Part shown: piece by piece, positions 54,580 through 64,000 of the stretch
Layout of the letters: every line of letters starts with the position of its first letter
Numbering within the stretch: position 1 is the stretch's first letter
Source of the DNA: Macrostomum lignano
Taxonomy: Eukaryota
NCBI GenBank assembly: GCA_002269645.1
Contig: NIVC01001575.1
Location: forward strand, 38,691 to 102,690
DNA: 64,000 bases
Reading direction: 5' to 3'
Program-made: the position numbers and the translations under genes
Notes under the pieces: generated by a model
Seen by the model: the letters and a program-made list of their open reading frames with translations, nothing else
What the model was told of the DNA's origin: nothing
Databases searched by the model: none

Positions 54580-54850
54580 ATTGCAGCGCATGGCTTAAGT
54601 ACGCCAGACGCCTACACAACCTGCGCCACGCTGTGAAATGACTTACCTGTGAAAGAAACCCTAAACCAAAATTAACGCAGTTTTGGGTAAACGGCAGGAG
54701 TAACTATGACTGTCTTATCAAGCCTAAATGCCTCGGCATCTAATAAGTACTGTGCCGCGCCGTACTAATCGCTGCGCACCGTACGCGCCGCGCCGCGCCA
54801 TATTAGATCCGCGCTGGACGCCGTCCGCCAAAATGCCCATGCGCTGCAAT
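54580..54850. mobile_element. 271-bp MITE-like element with 14-bp TIRs carrying a 28S rRNA-derived segment
   Basis: attgcagcgcatgg ... ccatgcgctgcaat; 54685-54744 matches 28S rRNA at about 50/60; decayed second copy at about 56027-56130. Confidence 0.7.
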
Positions 54851-57521
54851 CAGGATACTAGGTGTTTATTGGCCTAAGTGGTCTTATGGCACTATCTATC
54901 CTATCCCTATTACCCTACATTCCTCTAACTTAAGGTTTTAAGTTATAGGAATATAGGCTTTTTTCTCTCTTATTCCTGGGCTTCCCTAGGATCAAAAAAA
55001 GACAGTCATAGCTTACTTTCTAGGTATTATTCTATCCTAAGGTGGGTTTCTCTAGAAAATCTGGTTCTAATGTGATTTCTTAGATTCCAACTCTGGATAG
55101 GCCTATCTTGTTCTCTAAGAATAGATTAAATTCTCCCAATCTTGGGGCTATTCTTAACTCACTATCTATTACTCAAAAATGGTATTATATAAAAAACAAA
55201 TATATAGCCTAAGGCTGATTCAATTTCTTCTCCAAAAAACAACTAGAGAAATGCTTAGCAAGCTTTGAAGGAGCTGCAAATATAAGGATTAAAAATAGTT
55301 ATTGTTTGATAAAGAAGACAATTTATTTGATTAGGCTCTCAATGTCAGTGGGCCCCTATTTATAATAAAACTTATCTTTACTATTTTAAACAAAACAACA
55401 TATAAAATGTTCAAAAAGTTCTAGTATTTATATAGTATAACAAATGATAGAGTTTTGAAATTATGTTTCTAAGAAAGTTAGTCTACTGAAAACAAAGCCT
55501 AGGCCCCCCTATTATATAATTATGTAAATAAGCTTAATAAAGCTAGTTAAAGTAGATAACAAGAACCATTAGGCCTTTAAATTATAATAATATTTAATAT
55601 CAACATGTTTCTTTATTTTTAAACTCAATGTTAATAGCCTCTTATTATTTGCACTGCAAGTCCATCAATTGTCATTTAATTTAGATAGTATTTGTTTTAT
55701 ATATTAGCCATAAAAATAACAATCTTGCTATTGGTATGGTCACTGTAACAATAACAACTACCTATTTTAAGCTTAAGGTTAGGTTAGATAAAGGGTCAGT
55801 AAACTCTCGCTAGCAGACTAAATCTAGCCTGCAACACCTTTAAGTCTGGCCTGTAAATCAATTTTATATTGAAACATTCAACTTTACAAGTAAAATTAGC
55901 TTTTATCCTATATAGGTTGTATCAGTTTTAACTATAGAGTTGTTACTATACATGCACAACCTCCAAAATTTGGTCAATCATACAACTTAGTTATAACAAA
56001 AAAGTGATAGTTTTTGGCCAAAAATGTGACTTACATATAAAAGAAACCCTAAAGCAAAATTAACACAACTTTGGGAAATGGCAAAAGTAACTATGACTGT
56101 TTTATTAAGGCAAAATGCCTCATTATCTACTTACTACTAGGGTATTTATTTAAGTGGGCATTTTTGTGACTTACCTTGGTTGGCTACCAAATTGGTCAGC
56201 CAGATTGGCCACCTTGGCCAACTGTTGCACATGTATGGTTGTTGGTTATATAGGGCCTACTTGTATTTGGTCTAATCTAAAATTTTTATATAAACCTACA
56301 ATTGTTATGCATTTTTTCTGGCCTGCTATCTTAGCCCTAGTATTCTAATCCAGCCTGCACTAAAAGTTTGCTGATCCCTGGGTTAGATAGTTAGGCCTAG
56401 CCTACCTAGCTAGGTTAATTATTTAGCCTAGGCCACTGAGCTAGATAAGGTCAAGGATAAGGCCTAAGAATCAGACCCATTACCATTTTCAATCAATACT
56501 TGACCTAGTTGGCTTAGCTATAAATATTGTCTAAAATAGAGACTCTAGCAAGATTTTGAAGGTTTTTAATAGTTTTTTATTTCATTTGATAGGCTTTATT
56601 TGCCTGAGTAAAATAACACCTATTGTATATTGAATTTTGAATATTTTTTATTAGTCCATTAGAGATCAATTTCTGAATTTTTTAATGCATTGTGCCATTT
56701 TGGCACTGTGGTCTTTTTGCCTAAAATTGGCAAAAGCTTTTTTACTACTATTTTGATATAAATTTTCTTTTCATTTATAGTTTGTACTTAGATAATAGAA
56801 AACAAGAGATAACAATAAATATAAAACAAAAAATAAAGTAAATATGTTGAAACTCTTTGTTCAAAGTCTCAAATGATTATTAAATTTTTTCTATAGTGTT
56901 AAACATGCCCTATACTTTTAGCACTGCCGCCCATTCATCACAATGTGCCACAACATGTAATATTGCCTTGCTTTTCAACTTTATCACTGAATTCAGGATG
57001 TGACATTGGAAAATATTAAATTCTGTTAGTTGGCAATCTATAGTTTATAATAAACTTATTCTAAAAGGGATACATATGTCTTATACTTGTTTTAATTAGA
57101 ACTAGCATTTTGATTAATAATGAAGGATTTTAGGAGCAATATTAGATGATGATATTTAATATTAATATTCATTAGCCATTTGGCTCCATTAGTAAGATCA
57201 TTTAAATTAGAATGTAGTGATTAATTTTGAAAAGGTTTTTTATTTACTTTGCAATATCAACTACCCAGGTTCAAAAACTCTTGTTTCAATGTGATGAATA
57301 CTATTCCTTTTTATGCAGTTACAACAATTCAGGTGAACAATATTCTATGTAAATGTATTGAGATGATTTAAAGGATTTATTAACAAACTATTAACAAAAT
57401 CTTGAATAATTGAATAACTTTTAGTTGTTTATTTTCCTCAATTATTTATGTCTGCAATTAACTAAAAGCAAGAAATTGATTCTGATATCAATTGCTGCAA
57501 AAAAACGAATAGTCAGCAATC

Positions 57522-59135
57522 ATGTCTCTAAAGTTGATGTACTTTACTGGCCTGTCAGATAACAATCCAGATGACAGCGAATGTGAGCAGGTGTGCCTAG
57601 TGTCTGAGGCTGATTTGCCTGCGCTAACTGGAAAGCTTAGCAGTTGCGCCAGTCAAGCAGTTGATCCGCGCAGATTAGTTGGTGCATCAGATGATACAAA
57701 TGACGGCACACTTGAGGCTAAAGTACTTCGCAAATTAACAAATTTTGCCAGCCTTAGCGATGCCGACTCGAGCAGTGTTGGCCCGTTGGTCTCAACTGAG
57801 ATCAAGCTGCGTGAGCGTAAAAAGGCCTACAGGCCTCCCGCCGCGCCTGTTACTCTTGCAGCAACAAAAGCTGTTCCAAAACCGCCTGCAGTGGCGGAGC
57901 AAGCTAGTAGTGTTAAGAAAGTTGAACAGCCAAAACTGCAACAGAACTCGGCAGAATCTGCTGCAGCTCCGCCAAAGCCGACTGTCTCAGTTTCTGAAGA
58001 AGCTACTGTAGAGCCGCAGAAGCAGCAAAAGCAGGCTCTGCAGAAGCAACAACAGCATACTTCAAAGAAGAATGCCAAAACTAGTGGCGCAAATATTGGC
58101 AGTTTTTTCACCGCAAAAGCCACAGCGTCGGAGGCGGCGGCCGCGGCTGTAGCTGCTGCTGCTAAAAAGCCAGCAAAACCAGCTGCAGCCTCATCAGCTG
58201 CGCCCTCTCAGTCAAAAAAGCGCCAATCCACCAATACTACAAAGACAACAACAACAACAACAAAGACTAATGACGTCAGTGTCGAGAAGGGCAAACGTCG
58301 TAGGACTGGTTTTTCTTCATCGGAATCATCGGAAGCAGAGGCTCAAGCAGAGCAGAGTGAGCAGGAAGCCCCGGTTGCAGAGAACAGCAGCGACAATGAG
58401 TTTTCTTCTTTTATGGCTAGCAAGAAGACCAAACAGCAGAAGCAGAAGCAGTCAAAGTCTGAAACAAAGAAGTTGCAAAATGCTAAAAAGAAAGTCGCAG
58501 TGATTAGTGACGATAGCAGTGGCGATGAGGGAGGCACTGCTCGCGTTAGGAATGGCAAAGGCAAAGCTCAGAAAGCCACTGGAGCCAATAGGCACAAGCG
58601 ACGTCGGATTATGACTTTTAGTAGCAGTAGCAGCAGCGGCAAGGCCAGTAGCGACGAAGATCAACGGGATAACAATAATAAAAAAGCCAAGAAAAAAGTT
58701 GTGCTAGCGCCCGACACCCCGTCGGCAGCCTCTGCCGGCGCTACTGGTATTAGCGACTCTTCAACAAAGCAGAAAAAACCAGAAGACAAATCAGAAGCAG
58801 CAAAAGAGCCAGACGGTCCGCGAAGGCGCCGCGGTGTGCGCAACGTTGTCCGCACCTTTGTCAACGACGAAGGCTACCTGGTAACTGAGAATGTTGCTGA
58901 GCCATTCTCAGAAGAAGACAATGACAATAATAGCAATGAGGCTGAAGAGCAAAAGAAGACGGAATCTGCTTCTGTTTCTAAGAATCAGCCAGAAGAGGCG
59001 CTACCAGCTAAGGATCAAGACGGGCCTAAGAAGCGAGGAGGAGCCGCTGTGGCGTCTTGTGGGAAGCAGCGTCAAGGCAAAAAGTCTGGCGGTGGCAAGC
59101 AGACCTCGTTAACTTCGTTCTTTACAAAGTCGTAA
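57522..59135 (+). CDS. POLD3: DNA polymerase delta subunit 3 (p66/Cdc27/Pol32-like), 537-aa ORF, apparently lacking the extreme N-terminus
   Basis: C-terminal PIP box KQTSLTSFF, conserved RTFVNDEGYLVTE segment, long K/S/E-rich linker; the N-terminal part aligns with the winged-helix LxVTY...VxVVxExxL region. Confidence 0.85.
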   Translation: MSLKLMYFTGLSDNNPDDSECEQVCLVSEADLPALTGKLSSCASQAVDPRRLVGASDDTNDGTLEAKVLRKLTNFASLSDADSSSVGPLVSTEIKLRERKKAYRPPAAPVTLAATKAVPKPPAVAEQASSVKKVEQPKLQQNSAESAAAPPKPTVSVSEEATVEPQKQQKQALQKQQQHTSKKNAKTSGANIGSFFTAKATASEAAAAAVAAAAKKPAKPAAASSAAPSQSKKRQSTNTTKTTTTTTKTNDVSVEKGKRRRTGFSSSESSEAEAQAEQSEQEAPVAENSSDNEFSSFMASKKTKQQKQKQSKSETKKLQNAKKKVAVISDDSSGDEGGTARVRNGKGKAQKATGANRHKRRRIMTFSSSSSSGKASSDEDQRDNNNKKAKKKVVLAPDTPSAASAGATGISDSSTKQKKPEDKSEAAKEPDGPRRRRGVRNVVRTFVNDEGYLVTENVAEPFSEEDNDNNSNEAEEQKKTESASVSKNQPEEALPAKDQDGPKKRGGAAVASCGKQRQGKKSGGGKQTSLTSFFTKS

Positions 59136-59539
59136 TCATTAGTTTGTGTGGCCTGGCCACAGTAAAATTTTTGACAAGGATGCTTATAAAATCCGATGAA
59201 GTAAAGTATCTTGGCTTTAATGCATTTTTTAATGTAAGAATTAGCTGGCATTTTTATTAATTAAATATTACCCTGTGCTTACCTGAAATCTTTAATAGGG
59301 TATATTTATTCCTTCAATAAATTTATTCTGTGCTACTAAAACTTGATACCTTAGCCAAATAAGTCCTTTGAATAAGTAAATGATCTACTTACCTTATTAT
59401 AATTTGTATTGTTTATTTTTCTAATAAAAAATGCATGCTGTTGGAATTCTCGCGCGCATTCGATCTACTATTTTTGTGTCCGTGCTTTTGCTTTGCTGAT
59501 AGTACTACAGAATATCCTGTGATCTACTACTAGGAAACG

Positions 59540-60120
59540 TCTATTCTATCCCTAGACAATTTTATTATCTACTCGTAATTTACCCATAGAAACCATCTAA
59601 TCTACCCCTAGAAGATGATCTAATTTATCCCATGAATATCATCTAATCTATCCCTAGACTATCATCTAATCTATCCCTAGAATATCATCTAATCTATCCC
59701 TAGACTATCATCTAATCTATCCCTAGATAACCATCTAATCTACCCCTAGACTATCATCTAATCTACCCCTAGACTATCATCCTATATACTAAAAATCTAA
59801 TCTATCCCTAGAATATCATCTAATCTATCCCTAGACTATCATCTAATCTACCCCTAGACTATCATCCAATCTACCCTTAGACTGTCATCTAATCTATCCC
59901 TAGACTGTCATCTAATCTATCCCTAGACTATCATCTAATCTACCCCTAGACTATCATCTAATCTATCCCTAGATAACCATCTAATCTACCCCTAGACTAT
60001 CATCTAATCTACCCCTAGATAACCATCTATTCTACCCCTCGACTATCATCTATTCTACCCCTAGACTTAAAATCTAATCTACCCCTAGATAACCATCTAT
60101 TCTACCCCTAGAATATCGTC
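59540..60120. repeat. Minisatellite, 23-bp unit, between POLD3 and PRPF3
   Basis: atcatctaatctacccctagact. Confidence 0.95.
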
Positions 60121-60175
60121 TAATCAACATCTAGAATACTTTACTGCTGTGTCTGTCCCGCATCTTCAGTGAGTC

Positions 60176-63100
60176 ATGGCTCAAAGCGCAGCCCGAACAG
60201 GCAGTTGGCAGCAGCAATCCCAGGAACAACAGCAGCAGCAACAACAGCAGCAGCCGCAGAAGCCAATTGATGCGGCCACAGCGGCAGCGGCAGCCGTTGC
60301 AGCTGCCATTCAACGCAAGTCTGAGTTGCACGCTCAAATCCAAGCCAGACTGCAGTCGGCGGGACCTGTGCTCAACGTGCTCAGCAGTTCTACTGCTACT
60401 AGTAGCAGCAATGGAGCTGGAGGCAGCGGAGGCATCGTTCCGCCGCTGATGCCCGCTTCCAACTATTCAGCAGCCGCTGCCGCCGCCGTTGCAGGCGCTC
60501 CGAGATTCGTGCCAGCAGGTGCGACTCCGCCTGCAACGACAACGGCTGCGGCTCCTTCGACTTCGACTGCTGCCTCCGCATCGTCTGGTGAAGCTGCGTA
60601 AGGATTTTAGACTGATTCTTTGTTCCAGAATTTGCAATTGCACTGGCTCGATTTTGTCCACAGCTTATTATTGCCTTTTCTCCCCCATTTCAGAAAAGTC
60701 AACGCCACGTGAGTTATAAAAAAACTGGTTCTTGCTTCAATTTTTGCTTTGATTTAGTGATGAGATTGGAAAGGCAGATGGTACAGAATGTATAGATGGG
60801 AAAGGCAGATGGTATAGAATGTATAGATGGGAAAGGCAGATGGTATAGAATGTATAGATGGGAAAGGCAGATGGTATAGAATGTATAGATGGGAAAGGCA
60901 GATGGTATAGAATGTATATATGGGAAAGGCAGATGGTATGGAATGTATAGATGGGAAAGGCAGATGGTATAGAATGTATATATGGGAAAGGCAGATGGTA
61001 TAGAATGTATATATGGGAAAGGCAGATGGTATGGAATGTATAGATGGGAAAGGCAGATGGTATGGAATGTATAGATGGGAAAGGCAGATGATATGGAATG
61101 TACGGATGGGAAAGGCGGTATAGAATGTATAGTTGGGAAAGGCAGATGGTATAGAATGTATAGATGGGAAAGGCAGATGGTATGGAATGTATAGATGGGA
61201 AAGGCAGATGGTATAGAATGTATAGATGGGAAAGGCAGATGGTATAGAATGTATAGATGGGAAAGGCAGATGGTATAGAATGTATAGATGGGAAAGGCAG
61301 ATGGTATGGAATGTATAGATGGGAAAGGCAGATGGTATGGAATGTATAGATGGGAAAGGCAGATGGTATGGAATGTATAGATGGGAAAGGCAGATGGTAT
61401 AGTAAAAGAATGTAGAAAATGTAGCGATGAAGTAGAACACTCGTACAACCCAGCGATCTTCCAGCCTCTCGTCGCCCTCATCTTTACAGGAACCTGATCA
61501 TAGACTCGCAGGGTCGGACCATAGACAGGCTGACTGGCGAGGAGGTTCAGCTCGGCCAGCACCGGCCCACTCTCAAGGTGAATTTGCGAGTGAAAAAGTC
61601 TGAGCAGTTTAAACAGGCAATGAAAAGTAACGAGGAGCCGAGCTCGGGACCTACCGGATTGGAGAGCAGCCAGTTTTACGACCCGAAGATTCCGTGAGTG
61701 AATTGTCGATTTACCTGGCTGTTTAGTTTGTGTATTTGAAACTGTTTGAACTACTTATTAAACTAGTAATGATATTTGTTAAACATATCTAGACAAGAAA
61801 CCATAACGACGGACCATTGGACATGGTTCTGATCTGGATATATTACCGACATCTGATAGAGACATGCATAAATAAGAACTGCTTAATAGATATTTGATAT
61901 AAATTTCCTAAGATACGCACCTTGTAGGAATTAATTGACACCTGATAGAAATTAAACACAACTGATTGAGATTAGACACCTTATAGAGATTAGAAACACC
62001 TAATAGAGATTAGACACACCTGATTGAGATTAGACACAAGTGATTGAGATTAGACACACCTGATAGAGATTAGACACAAGTGATTGAGATTAGACACAAG
62101 TTATTGAGATTAGACACATCTGATAGATATTAGAGGACACATTTGATATAGATTAGACACACCTGATAGAGATTAGAAGACACACCTGATAGAGATTAAA
62201 CACATCTGATAAAGATTAGAAGACACACCTATAGAGATTAGACAAACCTGAATAGGAATTAAAAGACACATTTGATATAGATTAGACACACCTGATTGAG
62301 ATTAGACACACCTGATAGAGATTAGACACACCTGATATAGAATAGACACACCTGATGGAGATTCGACACACCTGATGATTAGACACAAGTGATAGAGATT
62401 AGACACAAGTGATAGAGATTAGACACAAGTGATAGAGATTAGTCACAAGTGATAGAGATTAGACACAAGTGATAGAGATTAGACGCACCTGATAGAGATT
62501 AGACGCACCTGATAGAGATTAGACAAGTGATAGAGATTATACACAAGTGATAGAGATTAGACACAAGTGATAGAGATTAGACACAAGTGATAGAGATTAG
62601 ACACACCTGATAGAGATTAGACACAAGTGATAGAGATTAGACACAAGTGATAGAGATTAGACACAAGTGATAGAGATTAGACACAAGTGATAGAGATTAG
62701 ACACATCTGATAGAGATTAGACACAAGTGATAGAGACAAGAGACGCAGCTTGTCAGCATCCAGATCGCCAACCCCCATCCCCTCACTGCAGTCAAAAGCT
62801 GCCCAACCGTCAGTCCCGCCGCCAGCTGGCATTCCACGAGCCCGGCAAGTTCACCAAGCTGGCCGCCCGGATTCGCACCAAAGCGCAGCTCCGGCGACTG
62901 CAGGAATCTGTGGAGGCCAAGGCCCGTCGGACTGGCATCGCCTGCGCCACTAAGCTGGCCGCTATCCAGTCAGCCAGCCGGACAGACGAGGTTGTGCCCA
63001 GCATCGAATGGTGGGACGCGCCCATATTGAAATCGGACGATTTAAGCTACTCAGTGCTGGATAGCGGCAAGCCTATTGTTGAACTGCTGCAGTCCGATTG

Positions 63101-63938
63101 GTTCACCAGGCTGGTGGAGCATCCTTTTCAGTTGAAGGCGCCCCAGTATCCGGAGAAGCCGCCGGAAATTAAACTGCAACTGACTAAAGAGGAGCAGAAG
63201 AAATTGCGCCGGCAGAATCGCGTTGAGATGCAGAAGGAGAGGCAGGAGAAACAGCGGCTTGGTCTGGTGCCAGCGCCTCAGCCGAAACTGAGGATGACTA
63301 ACTTGATGAGGGTGAGCGGTGCTTGGCCTGTGCTGCTTCTGAATCCGCTCTGTCTGAAATCCGCCCCTTCCCCAAATATCCGCTCATCTGAAATCCGCCC
63401 CCTTCCAAATATCTGATCATCTGAAATCCGCCCCTTTGAAATATCCGCTCATCTGAAATCCGCCCCTTTCAAATATCCGCTCATCTGAAATCCGCCCCCT
63501 TTCAAATATCCCCTCATCTGAAATCCGCCCCCTTCTAAATATCCGATCATCTGAAATCCGCCCCTTTCAAATATCTGCTCATTTGAAATCCGCCCCCAAA
63601 TATCCGCTCTCTCTGAAATCCACACCGAAGATATCTGCTCTCCTGAAATCCGCCCCATTTCCGCTGTCTCAATCTTCATCCGCCCCCAACTCCGCCCCTC
63701 CCGCACTCAGGTGCTGGGCTCCGAGGCGGTGCAGGACCCCACCAAAGCGGAGGCATTCGTCCGCGCCCAAATGGACAAGCGCAAGCGAGATCACGAGTCG
63801 GCCAACGCAGCCCGCCAGCTGACGCCCGAGCAGAGGCGAGCTAAAAAGATTCGCAAGCTGACGGAGGATACGAAAACCGGGGTGACTGTCAGCGTGTTCT
63901 TGGTTAAGGACCTGTCCGACCTGTCGCATCGGTTCAAG
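60176..63938 (+). CDS. PRPF3: U4/U6 snRNP protein Prp3, 3' part beyond the window. Exons: 60176-60597, 60694-60708, 61490-61693, 62792-63311, 63711-63938
   Basis: [103 protein letters not shown]; phases consistent; the last donor (gttcga) is less certain. Confidence 0.93.
60770..61400. repeat. PRPF3 intron minisatellite, 31-bp unit
   Basis: ggaaaggcagatggtatagaatgtatagatg. Confidence 0.96.
61950..62735. repeat. PRPF3 intron minisatellite, 20-bp unit
   Basis: gatagagattagacacaagt. Confidence 0.95.
63340..63665. repeat. PRPF3 intron minisatellite, about 32-bp unit
   Basis: ctcatctgaaatccgcccctttcaaatatccg. Confidence 0.93.
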
Positions 63939-64000
63939 GTTCGAGCTTGCCTGTGTAGCAGCGCATCTTTCAATACAAGCGACCCCACTGAAATACCCCC

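Noticed and set aside
54685-54744. rRNA gene
   Set aside because: Only about 60 nt of 28S similarity, diverged and enclosed by TIRs; not a functional rDNA unit
60714-61562. 282- and 228-aa minus-strand ORFs
   Set aside because: 31-bp array antisense to a PRPF3 intron and exon

Overview
Eukaryotic (metazoan) genomic DNA with spliceosomal GT-AG introns; no prokaryotic features. I reconstructed exon chains by hand for an unc-104/KIF1A-type kinesin-3 (minus strand, 15 coding exons, ATG 28097, continuing off the left edge), importin-5 (plus strand, 9 exons, about 1120 aa, complete) and PRPF3 (plus strand, continuing off the right edge). Also present are POLD3 (one long exon), a probably catalytically dead CaaX-terminated metallophosphoesterase-fold gene nested antisense in a kinesin intron, and an unidentified two-exon gene at 50.7-52.2 kb. 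Most introns longer than about 0.4 kb carry their own private minisatellite (about 27 arrays in total); these generate most of the long ORFs in the supplied track, which are artefacts. Mobile DNA includes two tRNA-derived CORE-SINEs, a 4.85-kb foldback element with 524-bp TIRs, CACTA/EnSpm-type elements (one with a decayed DUF4806 gene), palindromic MITEs, a Helitron-like end, and a small TIR element carrying 60 nt of the 28S rRNA R2/I-PpoI target site. Sharply bounded CpG-depleted domains indicate methylation-driven decay. The gene style and repeat load suggest a free-living flatworm such as Macrostomum; this is inference, not verified. All homology calls are from remembered family motifs; no database was searched.
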